NCBI GenBank assembly: GCA_037147115.1
Contig: JBAWVV010000003.1
Coordinates: forward strand, 1 to 33,073
Source: Planctomycetia bacterium
Lineage (GTDB): Bacteria; Planctomycetota; Planctomycetia; Pirellulales; UBA1268
Direction of reading: 5' to 3'
DNA length: 33,073 nt
Shown one piece after another: positions 1 through 8,178 of the stretch. The notes under the pieces were generated by a model. The model did no database searches and was not told the DNA's origin. It worked only from the letters and a program-made list of their open reading frames with translations. The stretch's first letter is position 1. Every line of letters starts with the position of its first letter. Made by a program: the position numbers and the translations under genes.

Positions 1-722
1 GCCATCGCCCGATGAGCGTCGTGGAGCGGGTCGAACGATCCCGGAAAGATCGCCTCCCGTCCGGGGGGGCCGGGAAACAGCCCGCCGTCCGGCCCGGCCA
101 AACGAACCCTTCCCGAGGTGACGGCGAGGATCGCCTGCCAGGCCTCCGGAGCCGGCGCCCGATCAACGACCATCCCTTCCCCGGGGTGGAGGAGAGGGGC
201 GAGGCGCTCCTCCGCCAAAGACGACGAGCCGACGACGGCCTCGATCCTTGAGAGGATGACTGCGGCGGCGATCGTCTCCTCCTCGCTCCGCGACCGCGCC
301 CCCTTGGCGAGGCCGAGGGTGGCGACGGAGGTCTCGCCGAGCGTCTGCACCGCCACCACGATCCGGTGGTCTCCCCGCTTGGGGACGGTCGTCGCCAGAC
401 TAGCGCTGCAGGCGACTCCCACCGCGGCGCCGATCCCGGCGCCGTGCTGCCGGCAGCGTTCCCAGGCTGCCATCGCCAGGCGACGCGCGGCGCGTGAGGA
501 ACAGTACGACTCCTGCGGCCCGCCGAGGAGGGCATCGGTTGCCTGGCGCGCAGAAGGGACAATCGCCTCGAGAACGACCGCACTCGCGCCCGGGAGCGCG
601 ACGAGCGCCGGGATCGCCGCCGATCCGCCGCCGGCGGTGATCATCACGATACGCAGGCCCCGGGCTTGCAGCGCGGTGAGCAGTGAAGCGTTGTCGGCAG
701 GAGGGGGATTGGATGGTGCCAT
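1..722 (-). CDS. CinA-like N-terminal domain plus HxGH nucleotidyltransferase (NMN/NaMN adenylyltransferase-like); runs off the left window edge
   Basis: Not in the ORF track; translated by hand from ATG at 722: MAPSNPPPADNASLLTALQARGLRIVMITAGGGSAAIPALVALPGASAVVLEAIVP...ACSASLATTVPKRGDHRIVVAVQ...LAKGARSRSEEE...IFPGSFDPLHDAHRAMA. FPGSFDPLHxxH is the cytidylyltransferase-like motif. Confidence 0.8.
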   Translation of the reverse strand, partial: MAPSNPPPADNASLLTALQARGLRIVMITAGGGSAAIPALVALPGASAVVLEAIVPSARQATDALLGGPQESYCSSRAARRLAMAAWERCRQHGAGIGAAVGVACSASLATTVPKRGDHRIVVAVQTLGETSVATLGLAKGARSRSEEETIAAAVILSRIEAVVGSSSLAEERLAPLLHPGEGMVVDRAPAPEAWQAILAVTSGRVRLAGPDGGLFPGPPGREAIFPGSFDPLHDAHRAM

Positions 723-925
723 GGGCTCAAACGGGGAGCGGCCTTGACCTCTCCGGGGGCGGGGAAAGCGTCGGGAACCGGGGAAGGAAAGCAAAGTTTG
801 TCGGGCACGGAGGGCGCTTTTGTCGACGCAGATTCCGCCCCTTCACCCGGTCCTAGGCCTTCCCTGGCATCACTCCAGCCCGATGGCTCGGGCTGTCGAT
901 GGTGACTTTCGGGGGGATCAAAAGC

Positions 926-1681
926 ATGAAGATGATACCGCAGGGGCGATGGTTGACTGCGAGCACCGGCGCATGGGTCGCGGCTTGGGCCTTGATGGCG
1001 AGCTCGGCAACAGCCCAACCGCCGGAGGCTCCCGCCGCGAAGCCTCGCGCCTCCGATGGCTGGAAGCCGAAGACCCGGCAAGGGGCGGCGACCGACGACG
1101 CTGCCAAGCCGGAAGCCGAGGCTGCCGCGGCGAGAATCGCGCCCGCGCCGGCCTCGCCCAAGTCCGACGCGTTCAAGTCCGACGCGCCCAAGTCCGACGC
1201 GGAGAAGGGGGCCAAGGCCTCGCCGGCGACAAAGCCTGATCCCGCCTCGAAGCCGGCCAACGCAGCGAAGGGCACTTCCCGGCCAGAGCGGCGCGCGGTC
1301 ACGACCGGATTGGGGGATCGGTCGCTCGCTGCGGAAAAGGCCGCGATCGATGGGGTGACGACGAAGACCTCGATCGACGAAATCCTCGCCCGCACCCTCC
1401 CGCTGCGGAGTGATCGCGCCGGCGACTGGTTGGCGGGCTCCGAGCCGCTCCATCAATGCGGCGAGCCGCGTTGGATCGAGCCGTGCATCCCGCTGCCGCC
1501 GTGCCATCCCAGCCATCCGCCCCACCCCTACGACCTCGTCGGCGTGGCGGGCGATCCGACCTGTGGACCGATCTATCGCGGGCCCTGCTGCCCGCGCACC
1601 GGCACCCACGACGACGGCCCGCACCCGCAATTCCACCGGGTCAGCGACCGGCTCTTCGACGCCTTCTACAAGACGAAGTGA
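926..1681 (+). CDS. Secreted hypothetical protein with Ala/Pro/Lys-rich linker and Cys/His/Pro-rich C-terminal domain
   Basis: ORF 899..1681; likely start ATG 926 giving a signal-peptide-like N-terminus (…WVAAWALMASSATA-Q); low-complexity middle; C-terminal ~77 aa with 6 Cys and 7 His. Confidence 0.7.
   Translation: MKMIPQGRWLTASTGAWVAAWALMASSATAQPPEAPAAKPRASDGWKPKTRQGAATDDAAKPEAEAAAARIAPAPASPKSDAFKSDAPKSDAEKGAKASPATKPDPASKPANAAKGTSRPERRAVTTGLGDRSLAAEKAAIDGVTTKTSIDEILARTLPLRSDRAGDWLAGSEPLHQCGEPRWIEPCIPLPPCHPSHPPHPYDLVGVAGDPTCGPIYRGPCCPRTGTHDDGPHPQFHRVSDRLFDAFYKTK
1159..1201 (+). repeat. 15-bp-period in-frame tandem repeat (core caagtccgacgcg x3; PKSDA/FKSDA/PKSDA)
   Basis: caagtccgacgcg at 1159, 1174 and 1189. 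Confidence 0.9.
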
Positions 1682-1836
1682 TCGGCAAACGGACCTTGGT
1701 CGATTGCCGGATGATCGGCGATTCCCGGCGGCGGAAGGCTTGTTCCGTCCCCTCGCTGGGGCCACACTGGTCCCTCCGGGATCGGCGGCCCTGAGGGGTG
1801 TTTGCCGCATCCCGCTTCGCCACGAGGAGGGACGTG

Positions 1837-2922
1837 ATGCGGGCCGCGATCATCGGCATCGGCGCGATCGCGCGGATGCATGCTAAGGCGCTAGCGGACA
1901 TCGACGGCATCGAGCTTGTCGCTGGGTGCTGCCGCACCGAGGCGAAGGGGGGCGCGTTCGCGGAGGAGTTCGGCTGTCGGTGGTACGCCGATGCCGCCAC
2001 GATGCTGCGCCGCGAGAAGCCTGACTTCGTCACGATCGCCACCCCTTCCGGTGCCCATCTGGAGGGCGTGAAGGCCGCAGCGCGGCGCGGGGTCCATGTG
2101 ATCTGCGAGAAGCCGCTCGAAATCACGCTCCGGCGGATCGACGCCATGCGGGCGATCGCCGCCCAGGCGGGGATCACGCTGGGCGCGATCTTCCCGCAGC
2201 GATTCAACCCGGTTGTCCAGACCGTCCGCGCGGCGGCGGCGGCCGGTCGCTTCGGCCGCCTGGCGCTTGTCGCCGCGTACGTGCCGTGGTGGCGTGATGA
2301 TGCCTATTACGGCGTCGGGCGCTGGCAGGGAACCGCCGCGCTCGATGGCGGCGGCGCCCTCATGAACCAATCGATCCACGGCGTCGACGCCCTCCAGTGG
2401 ATCGCCGGCGCGACAATGCCGGGGCTCGCCCCCGGTGAAAACCCGGTGGAGAGCGTTGTGGCACTGACGGCGATCCGGGCCCACGACCCCGCCCGGCTCG
2501 AGGTCGAGGACAGCTGCGTGGCCGTGCTCCGGTTCCGTGACGGCGCGCTCGGGCAGATCCTCGCCACCACGGCGATGTTCCCCGGCCAGCTGCGTCGGAT
2601 CCTCGTCGGCGGCCGCGACGGCACCGCTGAGATTCTCGAGGAGCAGCTGACGGATTGGCGATTCCGCGCGCCTGCGCCGGACGACGACGCCACCCGCTCC
2701 CGATTCGGGGCGGGGAGCAGCACCAGCGGCGGGGCGGCCGATCCGATGGCGATCAACTACGCCTGCCACACCCGCAACTTCGAGGCCTTCGTGACCGCCC
2801 TCCGCGCAGGGCGCCGGCCCGAACTCGATGCCCTCGAGGGGCGGAAGGCCGTGGCGATCGTCGCCGCCTGCTACAAATCGGCCCGCACCGGACGGCCGGT
2901 GAAGATCGAGGATCCCTCCTGA
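1837..2922 (+). CDS. Gfo/Idh/MocA family oxidoreductase
   Basis: AIIGIGAIA Rossmann start, IATPSGAH, HVICEKPL, DGGGALMNQSIHGVD; RBS aggagg at 1825-1830 before ATG 1837. Confidence 0.93.
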   Translation: MRAAIIGIGAIARMHAKALADIDGIELVAGCCRTEAKGGAFAEEFGCRWYADAATMLRREKPDFVTIATPSGAHLEGVKAAARRGVHVICEKPLEITLRRIDAMRAIAAQAGITLGAIFPQRFNPVVQTVRAAAAAGRFGRLALVAAYVPWWRDDAYYGVGRWQGTAALDGGGALMNQSIHGVDALQWIAGATMPGLAPGENPVESVVALTAIRAHDPARLEVEDSCVAVLRFRDGALGQILATTAMFPGQLRRILVGGRDGTAEILEEQLTDWRFRAPAPDDDATRSRFGAGSSTSGGAADPMAINYACHTRNFEAFVTALRAGRRPELDALEGRKAVAIVAACYKSARTGRPVKIEDPS

Positions 2923-2935
2923 CTCCGGAGCCGCG

Positions 2936-3763
2936 ATGCGCTACGCCATCTGTAACGAGACGTTTGTCGACTGGCCGCTGGAGCGGGCTTGTGCCGAAGC
3001 TGCTGCCGCGGGCTACACCGGCCTCGAGGTCGCGCCGTTCACGCTCGCGAACCTCGTCACCGAGCTTTCGACGCGGGAACGGGCGACGATCCGGGATACG
3101 ATCCGGGCCGCGGGGCTGGAGTGCCTCGGCCTCCATTGGCTCCTGGCCAAGACCGAGGGATTTCATGCAACGCACGCCGACGCCTCGGTGCGTCGGGCCA
3201 CGACGGCCTACCTCGGCGAGCTGGCGCGGCTGTGCCGCGATCTCGACGGCCGCGTCCTCGTCTTCGGCTCGCCGCAGCAGCGCAGCCTCCTCCCCGGCAC
3301 GACGCCGCAGGAAGCCATCGACCGGCTCCAGGGGGTATTTTCTGACCTCGTGAGGGTGCTCGAGGAGACCGGCACGGTGGTGGCCCTCGAGCCGCTCGCA
3401 CCGAGCGAAACCGATGTTCTCAACACCGCCGCCGAGACCTGCCGGCTCATCGAGCGAATCGGCTCGCCGCACGTCCGCCTCCATCTCGACGTCAAGGCGA
3501 TGTCGAGCGAAGTCGAGCCTATTCCCGCGATCATCCGGGCTTCGGCCCGCCACCTCGAGCACTTTCATGCCAACGACGCCAACCTCCGCGGCCCGGGCTT
3601 CGGCGCGGTCGACTTCGGTCCGATCTTCGCGGCCCTCCGCGGCGCGAGCTACCCCGGCTGGGTGAGCGTCGAGGTCTTCGATTATGCTCCCGGTCCCGAG
3701 CGCACCGCCCGGGAGAGCATCGCCTACATGCGGGGGGTCGGGGCCGGGCTCGATGCGGCGTAG
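2936..3763 (+). CDS. Sugar phosphate isomerase/epimerase, D-tagatose/psicose 3-epimerase-like TIM barrel
   Basis: GYTGLEVAPF, VFGSPQQR, ALEPL, LHLDVKAM, HFHAND…RGPG, WVSVEVF (metal ligands E/D/H/E). Confidence 0.9.
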   Translation: MRYAICNETFVDWPLERACAEAAAAGYTGLEVAPFTLANLVTELSTRERATIRDTIRAAGLECLGLHWLLAKTEGFHATHADASVRRATTAYLGELARLCRDLDGRVLVFGSPQQRSLLPGTTPQEAIDRLQGVFSDLVRVLEETGTVVALEPLAPSETDVLNTAAETCRLIERIGSPHVRLHLDVKAMSSEVEPIPAIIRASARHLEHFHANDANLRGPGFGAVDFGPIFAALRGASYPGWVSVEVFDYAPGPERTARESIAYMRGVGAGLDAA

Positions 3764-3829
3764 GCCCCCGGCTCGCCGACGGGCCCGATTCCATCGTTCC
3801 TTCGCCCCTCATTCCCGGGATCCCCTGCC

Positions 3830-5236
3830 ATGGCCGACCTGCCCCACTTCGAGTCGAAGGGGACCGCGATTCCCAACGACGGCCAGCCGTGGTGGACCGG
3901 GATGACCCGCTATCACTGGTTCGTCCTCGTGGTGGCGGCGCTGGGATGGCTGTTTGACTGCCTCGATCAGCAGCTCTTCAATCTCGCCCGCAAGCCGGCG
4001 ATGGAAACGCTCCTGGCCACCGGCGGTGCGGCAGCCGATCCGAAGGACGTCGCTTACTATGGCGGCCTTGCCACCTGCATCTTCCTCCTCGGCTGGGCCA
4101 CCGGCGGTCTGATCTTCGGCGTCGTCGGCGATCGCTATGGCCGCGCCAAAACGATGATGATCACGATCGTCATCTACTCGCTGTGCACCGGACTGTCCGC
4201 GCTCTCGACCGGGTTTTGGGACTTCGCCTTTTATCGATTCATCACCGGGCTGGGGGTGGGCGGGGAGTTTGCCGTCGGCGTGGCCCTGGTTGCCGAGGTG
4301 ATGCCCGACCGGGCTCGGCCACACGCCCTCGGCCTTCTTCAGGCGCTCTCCGCGGTGGGGAACTTCCTCGCCGCGTCGATCGGCATCGGGCTGGGAGAAC
4401 TGCAGATCCTCGCCCACTCGAGCAAGCTCGCCGGCTGGGAGCCGTGGCGGTGGAAGTTTGTCATCGGGGCGCTGCCGGCGGTGCTCGCGCTGGTCATTCG
4501 CTCCAGGCTGAAGGAACCGGAGCGCTGGCAGGCGATGAAGGCCCAGGCGGAGAGCACGGGCACGGCCCTGGGGGGCTATGGTGCCCTGTTTGCCGATCCG
4601 CGCTGGCGAAAGAACGCGATCGTCGGCATGCTCCTGGCCTGCTCGGGGGTGATCGGCCTGTGGGGGATCGCCTTCTTCTCGCTCGATCTCGTGCGCAGTG
4701 TGTTCCAAAAGCAGTTCATCGCCGAGGGGCTCGAGGGGGCGGCGCTGGCCGGAAAGCTCGGCAAGTATGTCGGGCTCTCGTCGATGATGATCCAGGTGGG
4801 AGCGTTTGCCTCGATGATGCTGGCGGCACGGGTCTGCCAGCGGATCGGCCGCAAGCCCTTCTTCGCCCTGGCACTGGTTGCCGCGATGCTCTCCACGGCG
4901 ATGGTCTTCAGGTTTCTCTCGAAGCCCTCCGACATCTGGTGGATGCTGCCGATCATGGGCTTCTGCCAACTGTCGCTGTTCGCCGGCTACGCGATCTATC
5001 TGCCGGAGCTGTTCCCGACTCGGCTGCGGAGCACCGGCACGAGCTTTTGCTACAACGTTGGCCGGTTCATTGCCGCCGGGGGGCCGTTCCTTCTCGGCCA
5101 GCTGACCTCGGGCGTGTTTGCCGGATCCCCTGAGCCGATGCGGCCGGCCGGGATCGTCATGTGCAGCGTTTTCCTGCTCGGGCTCGCGGTCCTCCCCTTC
5201 GCCCCGGAAACCAACGGCAAGCCACTGCCGGAATGA
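3830..5236 (+). CDS. MFS transporter
   Basis: About 12 hydrophobic segments; GVVGDRYGRAK (MFS motif A), RFITGLGVGGEF, YLPELFPTRLRSTG…YNVGR. Confidence 0.95.
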   Translation: MADLPHFESKGTAIPNDGQPWWTGMTRYHWFVLVVAALGWLFDCLDQQLFNLARKPAMETLLATGGAAADPKDVAYYGGLATCIFLLGWATGGLIFGVVGDRYGRAKTMMITIVIYSLCTGLSALSTGFWDFAFYRFITGLGVGGEFAVGVALVAEVMPDRARPHALGLLQALSAVGNFLAASIGIGLGELQILAHSSKLAGWEPWRWKFVIGALPAVLALVIRSRLKEPERWQAMKAQAESTGTALGGYGALFADPRWRKNAIVGMLLACSGVIGLWGIAFFSLDLVRSVFQKQFIAEGLEGAALAGKLGKYVGLSSMMIQVGAFASMMLAARVCQRIGRKPFFALALVAAMLSTAMVFRFLSKPSDIWWMLPIMGFCQLSLFAGYAIYLPELFPTRLRSTGTSFCYNVGRFIAAGGPFLLGQLTSGVFAGSPEPMRPAGIVMCSVFLLGLAVLPFAPETNGKPLPE

Positions 5237-5362
5237 TCGCTGGTCGGGGGAGATTTCGCCCTGAACCACGGTGGCCGGAGGGCCGTAGGGGGTGGGCCAT
5301 TCACCCCGCGTGGCGTGGCCTCCGTCCCGACGGGTCGGTTGGCTGTCGCGAGCGGCCTGGTC

Positions 5363-5395
5363 TGCTAAATTGGTTTTGGACCGCGCCGCGGTCCA
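5363..5395 (+). promoter_or_regulatory. Putative extended -10 (TGcTAAATT) followed by a perfect palindrome tggaccgcg-c-cgcggtcca, a possible 5' mRNA hairpin
   Basis: TAAATT at 5366-5371 in GC-rich context; inverted repeat 5377-5395 starts ~6 nt later. Confidence 0.4.
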
Positions 5396-5432
5396 CTGTC
5401 CCCCCGATTCCCCGTACTGGAGAAGCAGGAAG

Positions 5433-6290
5433 ATGCGTTGGGAAGGTCGTCGGCAGAGTGAGAACGTCGAGGATCGGCGCGGGATTGGAGCCCCGGCCAT
5501 GGTTGGCGGGGGCCTGTTTGCGCTCCTCCTCATGGTCGGCCTGATGTTTCTCGGGGTCGATCCCCAGCAGGCAATGGGCATTTCGCGTGGCCTCACCCCG
5601 GCACCGCAGCCACGGGCCCAGGCGCAAAAGCAACCGGCCAACGACGCCGGGTCCCGCTTCATCAAGACCATCCTCGCCGAGAACGAGGATGTATGGGCCA
5701 AGCTCTTCCCGCCGAACTTCGAGGGGCGCTACGTCCCCGCCAAGCTCGTCATGTTTACCGGTCAGGTGCAAAGCGGGTGCGGGATGGCGAGCGCTTCATC
5801 GGGGCCCTTCTACTGCCCGATGGACAAGAAGGTCTACATCGATCTCGCCTTCTATGACGAGCTGAAGCGGAAGTTCGGCGCCCCGGGTGAGTTTGCCCAG
5901 GCCTACGTCATCGCCCACGAGATCGGTCACCACATCCAAAACCAACTCGGCATCAGCAACAAGGTGCAGGCGATGCGGTCGCGGCTGTCGGAACGCGACT
6001 ACAACAAACTCTCGGTGCGGATGGAGCTCCAGGCCGACTTCCTCGCCGGTGTCTGGGCCCATCACGAGGCCCGCTATGCGGGGATCCTCGACGAACAGGA
6101 CATCCTCGATGCCGTCAATGCCGCGGCCGCGATCGGCGACGATAAGATTCAAAAGCAGGCCCAGGGGTATGTCGTTCCGGACGCCTTCACCCACGGCACG
6201 AGCCAACAGCGGCAGAGCTGGTTCCTCTATGGCCTGAAGACCGGCGATCCGAAGCTCATGGACCGGGCCTTCGAAGCCGACGAGCCATGA
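5433..6290 (+). CDS. ypfJ: Neutral zinc metallopeptidase (YpfJ family)
   Basis: MRWEGRRQSENVEDRRG N-terminus, one TM segment, SGCG…GPFYCP.D.KVYIDL, YVIAHEIGHH (HExxH), ELQADFLAG, FTHGTS.QR. Confidence 0.93.
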   Translation: MRWEGRRQSENVEDRRGIGAPAMVGGGLFALLLMVGLMFLGVDPQQAMGISRGLTPAPQPRAQAQKQPANDAGSRFIKTILAENEDVWAKLFPPNFEGRYVPAKLVMFTGQVQSGCGMASASSGPFYCPMDKKVYIDLAFYDELKRKFGAPGEFAQAYVIAHEIGHHIQNQLGISNKVQAMRSRLSERDYNKLSVRMELQADFLAGVWAHHEARYAGILDEQDILDAVNAAAAIGDDKIQKQAQGYVVPDAFTHGTSQQRQSWFLYGLKTGDPKLMDRAFEADEP

Positions 6291-6385
6291 GCTGGTTTTG
6301 AAGGGCTCCACGCCCGGCCATCGGGCGCCCGGAAGTGGCTGTTCAGCGTCAGTTGCGAAACGTTGCGGAAACGATCGGTCGTTCC

Positions 6386-7912
6386 ATGAACATCCTCCTT
6401 ACCGGCGCCACGGGTTACGTGGGGAGCTGTCTCCTTGGGGCTCTCCTCGAGCGTGGGCATGAGGTTCGCTGTCTCGTCCGCAAGGCGGGCAAGCTCGATG
6501 AGATCCTCGATCGCCTCGACGTCGGAGCAGCGGCGGGCACCCCGGCCGCATCGCTCCGGTCGCGCGTCAGCGTCGTCGTCGGCGATGCTTCCGACCCGGC
6601 GGCACTTGCCGAGGCCTGCGTGGGGGTCGAGGTCGCTTACTGGCTCGTCCATTCGATGGACCAGGGAGTCGATTTCGAACGCGCCGACCGGCTCGCCGCG
6701 GAGCGTTTTGCCGAGGCGGCGCGGGGGGCCGGGGTGTCGCGGATCGTCTACCTCGGCGGCCTGGGGGCCGAGGACGACCGGCTTTCGGCCCATCTCCGCA
6801 GCCGGCACGAAGTCGGGGCGATCCTCCGGGGAACGGGAGTCGAGGTGGTAGAGCTCCGGGCCTCGATCGTGATCGGGGCGGGGAGCTTCTCCTTCGACCT
6901 CGTGCGGACCCTCGTCGAGCGGCTACCGGTGATGATCTGCCCGGCGTGGCTCGCCACCCCCACTCAGCCGATCGCTGTCGACGACGTCGTCGCTTACCTC
7001 GTGGCTGCGGCCGACCTCCCCACCGGTCCGGTGGGGGAGGGGTCGAGGATCTACGGCATCGGTGGACCGGACCGAGTGTCGTACGGCGACATCATGCGGG
7101 AGTATGCCCGGCAGCGCGGGCTCCGCCGTCTTCTGATTCCGGTGCCGGTGCTAACCCCCCGGCTTTCGAGCCTCTGGCTGGCGCTCGTCGCACCGCGTTA
7201 TTCGAAGGTCGGTCGGAAGCTGATCGACGGGCTGAAAAACCCGACCGTCGTCACCGATCGGACCGCCCTCGACGATTTTCCGATCCGGCCGAGGTCGCTG
7301 GCGGTGGCGGTGCGCGACGCGATGGCCCGGGAGGACGCCGTTTTCGAGGGGCGGCGGTGGGCCGACATCGCCGATGCCGAGGAACTGCCACGCCGGTATG
7401 GCGGCCACTTCGAGGGGCCACGGCTCGTCGATCATCGCTATGCCACCGTCGATGTCGCGCCCGAGCGGGCTTTTGCCGCCATCGAGCGGATCGGTGGCTC
7501 ACACGGCTGGTACGGGCACGAGTGGCTCTGGCAGCTGCGCGGCTGGATCGACCGGATTCTGGGGGGCCCGGGAATGGGGCGCGGGCGCCGCGATCCCGAC
7601 CACCTCGTCGCCGGGGATGTCCTCGACTGTTGGCGGGTGGAGGCGTGCGATCCACCGCGCCGGATCCGGCTCGTGGCCGAGATGCGGCTCCCCGGCCGCG
7701 GCTGGCTGGAATATGAGGTGGTGCGCCGGGATCCGGGCCCCACCGACGGGGGCATGGTGACGATCCACCAGACGGCCGTGTTCGACCCGCGCGGCCTCGG
7801 CGGCTTGGCCTACTGGTATGCCATCTGGCCGCTTCATGAGCTCATCTTCGGGGGGATGCTGGCCGGTATTGTGGCCCGGGCCAACACCCCAGCGGGGAGG
7901 GCCGATCGATGA
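6386..7912 (+). CDS. Atypical SDR/NAD(P)-binding protein with C-terminal DUF2867-like domain (YbjT-like)
   Basis: ILLTGATGYVG, IVYLGGLG, HLRSRHEVG, ELRASIVIGAGS.SF, IGGSHGWY…LW.LRGWID, AEMRLPGRGWLEY, F.PRGLGGLAYWY. Confidence 0.9.
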   Translation: MNILLTGATGYVGSCLLGALLERGHEVRCLVRKAGKLDEILDRLDVGAAAGTPAASLRSRVSVVVGDASDPAALAEACVGVEVAYWLVHSMDQGVDFERADRLAAERFAEAARGAGVSRIVYLGGLGAEDDRLSAHLRSRHEVGAILRGTGVEVVELRASIVIGAGSFSFDLVRTLVERLPVMICPAWLATPTQPIAVDDVVAYLVAAADLPTGPVGEGSRIYGIGGPDRVSYGDIMREYARQRGLRRLLIPVPVLTPRLSSLWLALVAPRYSKVGRKLIDGLKNPTVVTDRTALDDFPIRPRSLAVAVRDAMAREDAVFEGRRWADIADAEELPRRYGGHFEGPRLVDHRYATVDVAPERAFAAIERIGGSHGWYGHEWLWQLRGWIDRILGGPGMGRGRRDPDHLVAGDVLDCWRVEACDPPRRIRLVAEMRLPGRGWLEYEVVRRDPGPTDGGMVTIHQTAVFDPRGLGGLAYWYAIWPLHELIFGGMLAGIVARANTPAGRADR

Positions 7913-7942
7913 GTCTTGGGGGAGTCTTGGGGGAGTCCTGGG
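7911..7942 (+). repeat. 11-bp tandem repeat gagtcttgggg (~3 copies) starting within the upstream stop codon
   Basis: gagtcttgggg gagtcttgggg gagtcctggg. Confidence 0.85.
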
Positions 7943-8178
7943 CCGCGTCCCCGGCCAATGTCCCCAGCCGTCGCAGTCGCGCTGGGGAGATCGTCTGAAG
8001 TCCCTTGATTTGGGGAAGTCCCCCGGTAGGGCGGCTGGACTTTTGCCTGCCTGGGACCGATCCTTACGGAGCTTTGGCAGGTAGGCTAGCGCCCCCGACG
8101 GTCGCGAAGGCCGTCCATATCCAAGCCGAACGAGCGCGAGACGAGGAGCCGGGCAGCCCCCGGCCTGCGATCCGATCC

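Noticed and set aside
118-747. Plus-strand 209-aa ORF
   Set aside because: Shadow of the motif-bearing minus-strand gene starting at 722.
3809-5701. 630-aa minus-strand ORF
   Set aside because: Antisense to the MFS and ypfJ genes; Arg/Pro-rich with no recognisable domain.
6352-6373. Direct repeat gttgcgaaac/gttgcggaaac before the SDR-DUF2867 gene
   Set aside because: Only two short imperfect copies; cannot be told apart from chance.
7911-7990. Repeats plus hairpin as a CRISPR or REP element
   Set aside because: Units are 11 bp, adjacent and spacerless; no cas genes; no other copy seen in the window.
8021-8035. ccggtagggcgg as an ops/JUMPStart element before a polysaccharide gene
   Set aside because: Only a partial match to GGCGGTAG, with no second copy before the other glycan operon.
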